64,000 nt of DNA from Bacillota bacterium (GCA_023623175.1 JAMNXU010000022.1:4181-68180), one strand, 5' to 3'; counted from the stretch's first letter, positions 9,031 through 20,076 are shown. Numbers and translations are program-made. The notes: a model not told the origin generated them from the sequence alone.

Positions 9031-11144
9031 CAGAAGGATTTGGCGAAAGAAGTCATACAGGTAAAAAAAGAGACGATATTATTGATACTATTACTGAAAA
9101 TACAGGTATTAATCAAAAGAAAAGGATTGACGAAGAAAGCCGGGCGGGCAGTAAAAATGAGATTAACGGTGAAAACGGCAAGAACAGAAATAATCAAAAA
9201 AGCGACGATTATCTTATAAAAAGAAAAGAAGAGCTTCTGCGGCGATACGGCAGCAGGTCGGAATTTTCTCCCGGAAAGGCGGGGAGAACCGCAGGTCCGA
9301 GGGGGATGAGACCTGGCGGACCGCCAAGGCCCGGAGGTCCCTTCGGAGGAATGGGAGGGAAGCCTAAAAATCTGTTACCTACGATCAAGAGGCTGCTTGC
9401 TTATATCGGCCGGGACAGGATCAAAATTCTGTTTGTTTATGCCTGTGTACTTGTAGGCACAGTGACCGGCCTGGCAGGAAGTTATATTCTCAGGCCCGTG
9501 ATCAATAACCTTGTGGCTGCAGACCGCTCGGGCGATGAAAAGCTCAGGAACCTGGCGGTGGGAATAATCGTTATGGCGGGCATCCATATCTTCAACACAC
9601 TGAGTTCCTACCTGCAGCAGCGTTTCATGGTAGAAGTGTCGCAGAATTCGCTGATTCGTATCAGGAAAGACCTGTTCAGCAAAATGCAGAGGCTTCCGCT
9701 AAGATATCACGACACTCACACCCACGGCGACCTGATGAGCCGCTTTACCAACGACCTTGACGCAGTCGGCGAAATGCTCACCAATACCATGGTGCATATT
9801 TTTTCGGGAATTCTCACGCTCGTGGGCACCATTGTGCTGATGTTCGCCACGAACTGGATTCTCGCCGTTGCAACCATTCTTACGGTGCCGATGCTGTTCT
9901 TTGCGGGCAATAAAATAGGGACGCTGAGCAGGAAATATTACAAGGGACAGCAGCAGGCGCTGGGCGCCGTCAACGGTTATATAGAGGAATCGGTTACCGG
10001 GCTTAAAGTTATAAAGGTGTTTTGCCACGAGGATACGGCAAAGGAAGAATTTGAGCTGCTGAGCGACGACCTGAGGAAAAAGCAGATAAGCGCCCAGTTT
10101 TTCGGAGGCATAATGGGGCCCGTCATGGGCAATTTGAGCCAGATCAGCTTTGCGATAATTGCGACGATCGGCGGGATACTTTGTCTTCTGACCAATTTCG
10201 ATATCGGCGGACTGACCATTTTTACAAGCTATGCAAGGCAGTTTTCGAGACCTGTCAGCGAGTTGTCCATGCAGATGAATGCGATATACTCCGCGCTGGC
10301 TGGAGCGGAAAGGGTATTCGAAGTGATGGATGCTCCGCCTGAAACACCGGACACGGAAGATGCAATTGAAATCTGCTCCGAAGCAAATCCTGCCGAGGAC
10401 GCAACGCCGATAAAGGGCGAGGTTAAGCTGGAGAATGTGACCTTTGGCTACAATCCTGACAGGATAGTGCTGAAAAACATCAACGTAGTTGCTGAACCCG
10501 GTAAAAAAATAGCCTTTGTTGGTTCCACGGGCGCGGGCAAAACCACGGTCATGAACCTGATAAGCCGGTTCTACGAGATTGAGCAGGGGCGGATATTGAT
10601 CGACGGCATTGACATAAAGAAGATAAAAAAGGATTCACTGAGGAGCAATATTGCAATGGTGCTCCAGGACACCCACCTGTTTTCCGGGACGGTACGCGAA
10701 AACATCCGGTACGGCCGACTTGACGCAACCGACGAAGAAGTCATTGCCGCCGCAAAAACGGCAGGTGCTCATTCCTTTATCGAAAGACTTCCCAACGGTT
10801 ATGATACGGTCCTGGACGGCGACGGTTCCAACCTGAGCCAGGGTGAAAGGCAGCTTTTAAACATTGCGCGAGCCGCCGTTTCAAAAGCGCCGATCCTGAT
10901 TCTGGACGAAGCTACGAGCTCCGTAGATACGAGAACGGAAAGGCAGATAGAACTGGGCATGGAAAGGCTTATGAAAAACAGGACAACTTTTGTCATCGCC
11001 CACAGGCTTTCCACGGTACGCAACGCTGACAGGATCTACGTGCTGGAACACGGAGAGATTATAGAACAGGGTACCCATGAAGAACTGCTTGAGATGAAAG
11101 GAAGGTATTATCAGCTCTATACCGGGGCGATTGAACTGGATTGA
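9027..11144 (+). CDS. ABC exporter, fused permease/ATPase subunit B (with a long N-terminal extension)
   Basis: 705 aa. An ATGA overlap with the upstream stop suggests translational coupling. It has Walker A GSTGAGKTT, the signature LSQGERQ and Walker B ILILDEATS. Confidence 0.9.
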   Translation: MTEGFGERSHTGKKRDDIIDTITENTGINQKKRIDEESRAGSKNEINGENGKNRNNQKSDDYLIKRKEELLRRYGSRSEFSPGKAGRTAGPRGMRPGGPPRPGGPFGGMGGKPKNLLPTIKRLLAYIGRDRIKILFVYACVLVGTVTGLAGSYILRPVINNLVAADRSGDEKLRNLAVGIIVMAGIHIFNTLSSYLQQRFMVEVSQNSLIRIRKDLFSKMQRLPLRYHDTHTHGDLMSRFTNDLDAVGEMLTNTMVHIFSGILTLVGTIVLMFATNWILAVATILTVPMLFFAGNKIGTLSRKYYKGQQQALGAVNGYIEESVTGLKVIKVFCHEDTAKEEFELLSDDLRKKQISAQFFGGIMGPVMGNLSQISFAIIATIGGILCLLTNFDIGGLTIFTSYARQFSRPVSELSMQMNAIYSALAGAERVFEVMDAPPETPDTEDAIEICSEANPAEDATPIKGEVKLENVTFGYNPDRIVLKNINVVAEPGKKIAFVGSTGAGKTTVMNLISRFYEIEQGRILIDGIDIKKIKKDSLRSNIAMVLQDTHLFSGTVRENIRYGRLDATDEEVIAAAKTAGAHSFIERLPNGYDTVLDGDGSNLSQGERQLLNIARAAVSKAPILILDEATSSVDTRTERQIELGMERLMKNRTTFVIAHRLSTVRNADRIYVLEHGEIIEQGTHEELLEMKGRYYQLYTGAIELD

Positions 11145-11167
11145 GGTAATGAACTTTTTAAAATTGT

Positions 11168-11208
11168 CCTCCTGGTGCCTGACCGGCTTTACAGGAGGCT
11201 TTTCTTTT
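11168..11208 (+). terminator. rho-independent terminator after the ABC operon
   Basis: CCTCCTG (11168-11174) pairs with CAGGAGG (11192-11198), followed by CTTTTCTTTT. Confidence 0.6.
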
Positions 11209-11499
11209 AAAGCCGGAAATTTCTGCGTTGAATATCTTTGTTAAATTTTTGCATTGAAAAATTTTTGTTAAAAATGCAGGAAAAATCCTTGTATCCATCA
11301 TATTTATTGTGGTAAAATCCTTATGTTAAAAATTTATTTATCTCGTAATGTCCGTGAATAGAGGACAAAACCTGGATTTGCATAACAGTAATATAAGTGG
11401 CGAACATATTAACTGATGCAGGAAAATTAAAACGTTGTTGCAATTATACTGTATACAGCGCAACGGCTTCAGGAGCCACAGCAAAAGCGTTTAGCATAA

Positions 11500-12846
<1,347 letters not shown>

Positions 12847-12879
12847 TCGCAGATCCTGAGTGGAGTTTTATCTATGGAC

Positions 12880-12925
12880 AATGCCCGGCTCCGTTCCCGG
12901 AACCGGGCATTATGATTTTCTTTTT
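12880..12925 (+). terminator. terminator hairpin after gdhA
   Basis: AATGCCCGG (12880-12888) pairs with CCGGGCATT (12903-12911), followed by a T-rich tract. Confidence 0.55.
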
Positions 12926-12970
12926 ACTATCCAGGTTTTTTACTGGTTTTCAAGCTGGCTTAAAATTTTC

Positions 12971-14116
12971 TCATGGCTTGAAACTTTCTATTTCCTCGAG
13001 CATTGCATAAATATTACGGACGGGCGTGCCATGCACAATGGCATTTGAAGGGCCAGCAATGTAATTCAGACCGCCGGACTCTTCGAGCGAGACTCTTGTT
13101 TCGCGCCTGACATCCTCCTCGGTGCCGGTGTGAAGCGTCACGGAACTTATATTGCCAAGCACCACGACATCCGGGTATTTTTCCCTTATTTTTCCCACTG
13201 TCATTCCCGCATCCCGGTCAGCTTCGCAAAAGGCTTTGCATCCGGCTTCCACGAACAGGTAGTCGGCGATGCTCCATATGTTGCCATCTGTGCCGTAGGC
13301 AAAATGTATGCCATATTTGTCGCATTCTTCGACCAGCAACTTTATAGCAGGGGCGACAGCCTTTCTGAAAAAAGCGGGAGAGTAAACGGGCCCCGTGCTT
13401 GTCGCCATGTCGAGACCGTCATTTATCCACCTGTAACCTTTGCTCGCGAGGAACCTGACATGATGAAGACTGCGCTGGACACCGTGCATTATATATTCCG
13501 CCAGCAAATCGGGGATGAGCGCGACAGCCTCAAGCCATATGGCCTTTGTCATGGGAATTCCAACATTAAGGCCGCTTACGATACAAGGGAAATACGGTTC
13601 TGCAAGTTTTTTGAAAGCAAGCTGGTCTGCATAAATTTCTTCCAGTTCATCCTCGGTAACGCTGGTATCGGTTTTTATTACAGCTTTCAATTTTACTTCA
13701 AGCTCGTCAACATCCGAGGGACCCGTGGTGTCTTCGACCACTCCGTAGGTTTGCCTGACGGGATCGTATCTTTTAATAATATGCGGGCCGTTTATGTCTC
13801 CGAAAAGAAGTGTATAATCATCGAGCTTTTTGGTGGGCTTCTGGCTCATTCTCCATGTCTGGCGCACAACATCGGCCTTGAGCATCCGGTTGAGCTCGAT
13901 CGCGTTTTCCCAGTACCTTTTTACAAATTCATCATGGGCGTTTTTTCCGGAAAGCCACGAAAGTTCTTCCTTAAAATGCAGACTGGCTCCCCCGCTGTCC
14001 ACTTCTCTTCCCAAAAGCTCTGATGCCACCGAACATACAATCGAGGGAAAATAAAAAGGCATTTTATCGGGTTTCCTGTTGCTTAAAACTGCTTCGAAAC
14101 GTTCATGGGAATTCAT
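12971..14116 (-). CDS. uroporphyrinogen decarboxylase (URO-D) family protein / methyltransferase-like
   Basis: About 381 aa counted from MNSHERFEAVL at 14116. The sequence looks URO-D/MtaA-like over its whole length. The 96 upstream codons in the ORF track (to 14404) are read-through of the repeat cluster. Confidence 0.6.
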   Translation of the reverse strand: MNSHERFEAVLSNRKPDKMPFYFPSIVCSVASELLGREVDSGGASLHFKEELSWLSGKNAHDEFVKRYWENAIELNRMLKADVVRQTWRMSQKPTKKLDDYTLLFGDINGPHIIKRYDPVRQTYGVVEDTTGPSDVDELEVKLKAVIKTDTSVTEDELEEIYADQLAFKKLAEPYFPCIVSGLNVGIPMTKAIWLEAVALIPDLLAEYIMHGVQRSLHHVRFLASKGYRWINDGLDMATSTGPVYSPAFFRKAVAPAIKLLVEECDKYGIHFAYGTDGNIWSIADYLFVEAGCKAFCEADRDAGMTVGKIREKYPDVVVLGNISSVTLHTGTEEDVRRETRVSLEESGGLNYIAGPSNAIVHGTPVRNIYAMLEEIESFKP

Positions 14117-14184
14117 TATCAGACACCGTCCAAATACAGAGTTATACTTGTATTGTACCAGAGTTACGTGTTGCAAACAAGGGG

Positions 14185-14435
14185 CCGGGACACGGGCGGG
14201 GACACGGGGACGGTTCTCTTGTCCCATCGGCGGGACACGGGGACGGTTCTCTTGTCCCATCGGGATACTTGCCTTGCCGGAAAAGTGGCTGTTTTCCGTT
14301 CTTGGCAGTTTTTCATTCTGGGACAGGGGAACCGTCCCCTTGTCCTTGTGCAGGGACAAAGGAACCGTCCCCGTGTCCCAAAAGGAACCGTCCCCGTATC
14401 CCAAGGAACCGTCCCCGTGTCCCCGCCCGTGTTCC
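14185..14435. repeat. inverted cluster of the dispersed 27-nt repeat (two reverse copies, four forward copies)
   Basis: Reverse copies lie at 14199-14225 and 14232-14258. Forward copies lie at 14320-14345 (variant), 14353-14379, 14384-14402 (partial) and 14405-14424. Confidence 0.9.
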
Positions 14436-14600
14436 GCCTGTTAATCAGGCAGGAATTTTACTGTATTAAGACGAATTATTTTTATAAATTGATTAGACTT
14501 CCGGACTTAGGGTATTTATATACTGTTCTGTTTTTTAACATTAGCCCGATTAATAAAATGACATAATAAAAAAATTATCAGTCTGAAGGGGGAAAGAACC

Positions 14601-14981
14601 ATGAAGATACCCGTGGCCTTTTACAGGTGTGAGGTGTGCGGCAAGCTTGTAGCTCTGCTCAAGAGCGGCGGAGGACAGCTTACATGCTGCAACCAGCCAA
14701 TGACAAAGCTTGTTCCAAACACAACGGATGCTTCCACTGAAAAACATGTTCCCGTAGCAACGAGGAAGGACGGAATGATTTACGTCCAGGTTGGATCTGA
14801 ATTGCACCCGATGACGCCCGCGCATTATATTGAATGGATTGCTGTGGTAAGCGAAGACGGCGCCGAAATTATCCCATTGACTCCCGAAGATGAGCCCAAA
14901 GCTGTGTTCCGTGACAGGGAAAACGCTGAAGTGTATGAATATTGTAATCTACACGGATTATGGGTTGCAGAAATCAAGTAA
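14601..14981 (+). CDS. dfx: desulfoferrodoxin (2Fe superoxide reductase)
   Basis: 126 aa. The N-terminal desulforedoxin motif is CEVCG...CC, and the C-terminal SOR domain contains EKHVPV and HPMTPAHYIEWI. A GAAGGGGGA RBS precedes the start. Confidence 0.9.
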   Translation: MKIPVAFYRCEVCGKLVALLKSGGGQLTCCNQPMTKLVPNTTDASTEKHVPVATRKDGMIYVQVGSELHPMTPAHYIEWIAVVSEDGAEIIPLTPEDEPKAVFRDRENAEVYEYCNLHGLWVAEIK

Positions 14982-14999
14982 ACCAGGCAGACTTCACAA

Positions 15000-15029
15000 A
15001 CATCCGCAAATTGCGGATGTTTTTTTATT
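15000..15029 (+). terminator. rho-independent terminator after dfx
   Basis: ACATCCGCAA pairs with TTGCGGATGT as a perfect stem (15000-15020), followed by TTTTTTTATT. Confidence 0.85.
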
Positions 15030-15250
15030 CCAACAAGTCGAAAAAGTAGCCAGAAATTGTTTACATAAAACTACGTTTGTTTGATTTGTTTTTTTGTTTG
15101 CAATTATTAAATAAAATCCCCCCTTTTGGTGGATGACAGAAACATACAAAAATTGTACTTTAAAAAAATGAACATCAAATCTTTTTGAATGGCGAGCATG
15201 TTCATTTGTCGACGATTCATTTTTTGTCGAAGCTTTCAGGAGGGATATAT

Positions 15251-16753
15251 TTGAAGAAGAGGCTACTAATTCTTGGAACCAGCATTATAGCGGTTGTTTT
15301 GGTAGTAACGGCGCTGCTTGCACTGTACCAGGGCGGAATAATCCCGGCTAGCAGCGATCCGATCTCCGTTATAATCCTGCATACCAATGTCGTACACGGC
15401 CGCGTGCCGGAGGAGCCGACCATTGCAATGGGCTATGCCCATATGGCGGCAACAATAAAAGAAATCAGGGAAAATAATGAAAATGTGCTGCTCCTTGATG
15501 CCGGCGATGCCTTCCAGGGCAGCAGCTCTGCGAGCCTGTCAAAGGGCGAAAGCATAGTCAGCATAATGAACGCAATGAAATATGACGCGATGGCCGCGGG
15601 CAATCATGAATTTGGATACGGCTGGCAAAGGCTTGTCGAACTGGCTGAAATGGCCGAATTTCCCGTGCTTTCAGCAAACACTTACGGACAGGACGGCAAG
15701 GAACTGTTGGAGTCTTATACCATTAAAAAACTGAACGGAATCCGCGTCGGCATTTTTGGCCTGACTACCGTGGAAACGGCGACAAAAACATCTGCAGCCA
15801 ACGTGGAAGGCATTACTTTCGCGGATCCCGTGGAAAAAGCCAAAGAAATGGTGCAGACGTTAAGGAAGAAAAAGTGCGACCTGGTTATTGCGCTTGTCCA
15901 CCTTCCGATAGTTGATGCCGGGGATTCCTGTGAGCGCCTTGCCCAGGAAGTTGAAGGGATAGACCTGATTGTTTCAGGCCATTCCCATGTAGCTCTTGAA
16001 GAAGGCATGGAAGTCAATGACACCCTGATTGTGCAAGCGGGAGAATACGGAAAAAGCCTTGGCGTTGTCACTGTTGAAATGAAAAAAAGGGAGCCGGCGG
16101 AAATAAGGGCGTTGCTATATACGCCAGAGTGGTCTGAAGAAGGGCTTCCGGGTGACGAAGAGATCCAGGCGGTTATTGATGAATATGAAAAGGAAAATGA
16201 CAAGATCCTGTCCGAGGTAATCGGCAGGACCGACGAACTGCTTGACGGCGACAGGATTCGCCTCCGTACGGGAGAAACCAATCTCGGACGCCTTATTGCG
16301 AAGGCCATGCTCTCTGCTACGGAAGCGGACGTGGCGCTGATAAACGGAGGCGGAATCAGAGACTCCATAAAACCCGGAGAGATTACCAGGAGGGATGTCC
16401 TGAATGTGCTGCCTTTCAACAACGTTGTAATAGTCAAGGAAATTAAAGGTTCGGATCTGCTCCAGGCGATTGAACACGGCGTAGCGCTCTACCCGGAGCC
16501 CGCAGGAAGATATCCCCAGCTTGCGGGACTTGAATTCAGTTTTTCACCTGACAGGGAGCCCGGCAACAGGGTAACAAGGGTTACGGTTGCAGGAAAGGCA
16601 CTTGATCCTGAAAAGATGTACAGGGTTGCAATGAATGACTTTAACGCTTCAGGCGGAGACGGCTATGCAATGTTTGAAAAGTGCAGGGTATTGGCTGAAT
16701 TCGGACCGCTCGACAGCATTGTGGCCGAATATATCAGGAAGAACTTTAACTAG
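15251..16753 (+). CDS. membrane-anchored bifunctional metallophosphatase/5'-nucleotidase
   Basis: It has the DAGDAFQG and GNHEFGYG metallophosphatase motifs and a C-terminal 5'-nucleotidase domain. I prefer the TTG start at 15251, which has AGGAGGG 7 nt upstream. The ORF track starts at 15185. Confidence 0.8.
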   Translation: MKKRLLILGTSIIAVVLVVTALLALYQGGIIPASSDPISVIILHTNVVHGRVPEEPTIAMGYAHMAATIKEIRENNENVLLLDAGDAFQGSSSASLSKGESIVSIMNAMKYDAMAAGNHEFGYGWQRLVELAEMAEFPVLSANTYGQDGKELLESYTIKKLNGIRVGIFGLTTVETATKTSAANVEGITFADPVEKAKEMVQTLRKKKCDLVIALVHLPIVDAGDSCERLAQEVEGIDLIVSGHSHVALEEGMEVNDTLIVQAGEYGKSLGVVTVEMKKREPAEIRALLYTPEWSEEGLPGDEEIQAVIDEYEKENDKILSEVIGRTDELLDGDRIRLRTGETNLGRLIAKAMLSATEADVALINGGGIRDSIKPGEITRRDVLNVLPFNNVVIVKEIKGSDLLQAIEHGVALYPEPAGRYPQLAGLEFSFSPDREPGNRVTRVTVAGKALDPEKMYRVAMNDFNASGGDGYAMFEKCRVLAEFGPLDSIVAEYIRKNFN

Positions 16754-16850
16754 ATGGCCGGCATTCAAACAATCAATAAAACATCAGTGTTGATTTTCTT
16801 ATGATGAAACCTGTACATATAAAAAAATTAAGAAAGTGAGGTCTTACACT

Positions 16851-19280
16851 ATGATTCCCAAAATGAGCAGAAAGGCTTTTTTATCGCTGTTTTTGGCGTT
16901 GGTCCTTAGCTTGACGGTGCTGGTCCCCGGAACGGGCGTATTTGCTGATGAAGGTTCGCCCGGAAGCGTGTCTCCTTTTGCCGGCGGCTCGGGTACGGAA
17001 GAAGATCCGTACCTGATAGAAAATGCCGAACAGCTGGATGAAGTGAGAAACTATCTTGATTCGCATTTTCTGCTTACCGGTGATATTGACCTTACTGCCT
17101 ACCTGTCAAAGGACGGCAAGGGATATAACAACGGTGCCGGATGGCAGCCTATCGGGACTGAAGAGCAACCTTTCCTGGGCAGTTTTTACAGTGCGGGATC
17201 CGTAATTAAAGGCCTTTACATAAACCGCGGTGACGAAGACTACGTAGGTTTGTTTGGTTACCTGGGTCCTGGTGCTATTGTGTCTGTATGGCTGGAAAAT
17301 GTGGATGTAACTGGAAGAAACAAAGTCGGCGCATTGGCGGGAGCAAACTACGGGGTGATAATTGAAAGCTATGCAACCGGCTCAGTTACGGGCAATGAAG
17401 ATGTGGGCGGACTCGTGGGGCACAATGTTGAATCCCTCATGGATTCTTACACTGATTGTACCACCGTGGGGAACAAAAGTGTCGGAGGCCTGGTCGGAAG
17501 AAACAGCGATTATGTTGCCGACTGTTATGCCAGGGGAACCACGAAGGGCACGAGTTGTGTCGGCGGACTGATAGGTACCCACGAAGATGAATTATATTAC
17601 AGCTATGCTGTTGGACCCGTAAGCGGAAACAGTGACACCGGGGGACTGGTAGGGCTTTTCGATGGCTATATTGTATTTAAAAGCTATTATGACAAAGATA
17701 CCACCGGTCAGTCGGACACCGGCAAAGGCGAACCCAGGAGCACCGAGGAGCTGAAATTCCGCGCAAATTACGAAAGATGGGGATTTGCACATATATGGAC
17801 AATAACCGACGGTGAAACCTATCCGATATTGCGCTGGCAGGAAGGAGCTCCCATGGGCGGTTTCGGCGTAATGATTCCGAGCGGCGCGGCGCAGCCGGGG
17901 GTACAGTGTATTTTAAAAATTCTTTACGCCATGGATGAATACGGCACCACACGAAACGATTCTGCAGAAGTTACCGTGTATAATGAAACCGACGGAGAAG
18001 TTCTTTTCCAGTCGGAAGCAGAATTCAGGGACGGAGAAGCGGATGTGCCGTTTGTACTGAATAATACCGGGACTTATGTGTTGCGTGTCAATGTTGAGGG
18101 TGTAACCTATTCTTCAAAAATCTTGGTAGAGGTTGTAAAACCGGTATTTGCAGGTGGCAGCGGCACGGCCGAAGACCCGTACCTGATAGCTGACGCAATC
18201 CACCTGGATAATGTCAGGTACTGCCTTAATGCTCATTTCAGGCTGATAAGCGATATTGATCTGAATGTTGCTCCCTACAACGAAGGAAAGGGCTGGAAAC
18301 CAATCGGAGGTTATCCCTATGTATTCAGCGGGCAGTTTGATGGCAACGGGAAGACAATAAGGGGTCTTTATATTAACCGCCCCGGAGAAGATGATGTTGG
18401 TTTGTTTGGGATAATCTGGGGTAACTCTGTTTTGAAAAATATCAGGCTTGAAAATGTGAATGTAACAGGTGAACACTATGTAGCCGGGCTGGTCGGCAGT
18501 ACCAATTACGACACTGAAATTGCAAACTGCTACGTATCAGGCATCATTACTGCCAGGACCGATGCCGGGGGTATTGCCGGCGAAAACTTGGGTAGTATTG
18601 TTAACAGCCATTCTTCATGCAAAGTTGTCGCTGAAAGATATGTAGGAAGCCTGGCAGGCTGGCACACGAGCGGTGAAATAAGGAACTGCTCCGCCACAGG
18701 CGATGTAACCGGCAATGATGTTGTCGGAGGCCTGGTCGGAGGCAATGACGGTTATATTTACCAGTCTTATGCAACGGGAACGGTTACCGGTAAAACCGGC
18801 GACAGTATCGGTGGCCTTTCAGGCGATAATTTCGGGGTAATTGCCGAATGCTATGCCACCGGCAATGTTGAAGGCATTGAAAGTGTCGGAGGACTTGTAG
18901 GGTATAATTTCGGGGAAGTGCTCAGGTGCTATGCACTGGGATCCGTCAACGGCAAAGAGATGGTCGGCGGTGTGGTCGGATACAACGAGAGTGGAATCGT
19001 CAACACGACCTTTGCCGCCGGAAGAGTCAGCGGAATTGAAAATATTGGCGGAATCGTGGGACTGAATGAAGGCGGAGCAGTCAAAAAATCCTACTATGAC
19101 AGCCAGACCACGGGTCGCTCCTTTAGTGAAAACAGGGACGGCATTCCCAAAGCATCCGCTGAGATGAAGAAAAAAGATACGTTCTATGCCTGGGATTTTG
19201 ATACGGTTTGGGATATTGCCGAGTCACAAACCTATCCTTTCTTCAGGTGGCGCAATGAATTGAATGCAGGTTCCAAATAA
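16851..19280 (+). CDS. secreted GLUG-motif repeat protein (internally duplicated)
   Basis: It has a signal peptide (MIPKMSRKAFLSLFLALVLSL) and more than 20 repeats of VGGLVG / GGLVG type. Two homologous halves each begin with FAGGSGT-EDPYLI. Confidence 0.7.
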   Translation: MIPKMSRKAFLSLFLALVLSLTVLVPGTGVFADEGSPGSVSPFAGGSGTEEDPYLIENAEQLDEVRNYLDSHFLLTGDIDLTAYLSKDGKGYNNGAGWQPIGTEEQPFLGSFYSAGSVIKGLYINRGDEDYVGLFGYLGPGAIVSVWLENVDVTGRNKVGALAGANYGVIIESYATGSVTGNEDVGGLVGHNVESLMDSYTDCTTVGNKSVGGLVGRNSDYVADCYARGTTKGTSCVGGLIGTHEDELYYSYAVGPVSGNSDTGGLVGLFDGYIVFKSYYDKDTTGQSDTGKGEPRSTEELKFRANYERWGFAHIWTITDGETYPILRWQEGAPMGGFGVMIPSGAAQPGVQCILKILYAMDEYGTTRNDSAEVTVYNETDGEVLFQSEAEFRDGEADVPFVLNNTGTYVLRVNVEGVTYSSKILVEVVKPVFAGGSGTAEDPYLIADAIHLDNVRYCLNAHFRLISDIDLNVAPYNEGKGWKPIGGYPYVFSGQFDGNGKTIRGLYINRPGEDDVGLFGIIWGNSVLKNIRLENVNVTGEHYVAGLVGSTNYDTEIANCYVSGIITARTDAGGIAGENLGSIVNSHSSCKVVAERYVGSLAGWHTSGEIRNCSATGDVTGNDVVGGLVGGNDGYIYQSYATGTVTGKTGDSIGGLSGDNFGVIAECYATGNVEGIESVGGLVGYNFGEVLRCYALGSVNGKEMVGGVVGYNESGIVNTTFAAGRVSGIENIGGIVGLNEGGAVKKSYYDSQTTGRSFSENRDGIPKASAEMKKKDTFYAWDFDTVWDIAESQTYPFFRWRNELNAGSK

Positions 19281-19333
19281 AGATAGGCTCCATATGCCAA
19301 ATTGGTCCCCACATACCAACCAGTTTTAGTTGA

Positions 19334-19380
19334 AACAGGCAGCCGGTTTTCACCAAAAGAAAACCGGCTGCCTGTTATTG
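19334..19380 (+). terminator. rho-independent terminator
   Basis: AACAGGCAGCCGGTTTTC pairs with GAAAACCGGCTGCCTGTT as a perfect 18-bp stem (19334-19376), followed by ATTG. The stem is very strong but the U tract is short. Confidence 0.75.
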
Positions 19381-20076
19381 TCCGGCAATAATTTAATGAA
19401 AACGGGAAACTTGAAAGGGCGCAGAAAATTGTGATAACATAAACATATAAATCTTTATTAAATTATGAATGAAATTTCAGATAAACACTTAATTCAGAAA
19501 GTATTTAAATTATCAAACAAACCCGTAATTCAGAAAGCATTCAAATAAATATTCAAATAAAAATATCCGGACAAAACATATCCGGATACATTATCCGATA
19601 CAGTATTAATTTAACTTGAATCGAACATTCAAATTTGATACCTAAGTTAAATATAAATATATAATATTTTTGCAGAAAATAGCATAAAACATAAACCTCA
19701 AAATAAAAAACACAACAAACTTAATAATACAATAATCACAAAACAAATCAGAACATTAAGCAAAACTCCCGCATGCAACATCCCGATGCAGTATTCAGTC
19801 ATTTAACCCATTATAATTTGAGCAAAGGCATTTCAAGGAAAAAGCATGTTTTTCGATTCAATGCGCAATATTATTTCCGGAAAACAATCTTCTCATTTTG
19901 GGAGATATTTTTGGATAAAATAAGCAATTAAGGGCTAAATAATTAAATGATAAATTAAAATTTACGGAATATAATGCCTGATTTTAAGAAAGTGCCATGC
20001 CCGTTCAGATAATGTAATCGCCTGAATGATTGATAGTTTTGACCTAAATTAATCTTTTACAAGGATGTGAAGAAAT

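Noticed and set aside
13130-14023. 297-aa ORF antisense to the URO-D-like gene
   Set aside because: It lies entirely within the better-supported minus-strand gene and has no motifs. This is typical antisense read-through in a frame that happens to lack stop codons.
14199-14258. G-quadruplex potential of the reverse-orientation repeat copies (GGG/GGGG runs)
   Set aside because: Four G-runs exist only if two units are combined across a 25-nt loop. Hairpin formation by the palindromic unit is the simpler structure. I cannot support a G4 from sequence alone.
14023-14566. ORFs 14023-14469, 14079-14444 and 14105-14566 (+), plus the first 96 codons of the ORF 12971-14404 (-)
   Set aside because: They are generated by the inverted repeat cluster and give the same NRPRVP / GTVPLS / EPSPCP peptides. 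The URO-D-like protein has a conventional N-terminus at MNSHERF (14116).
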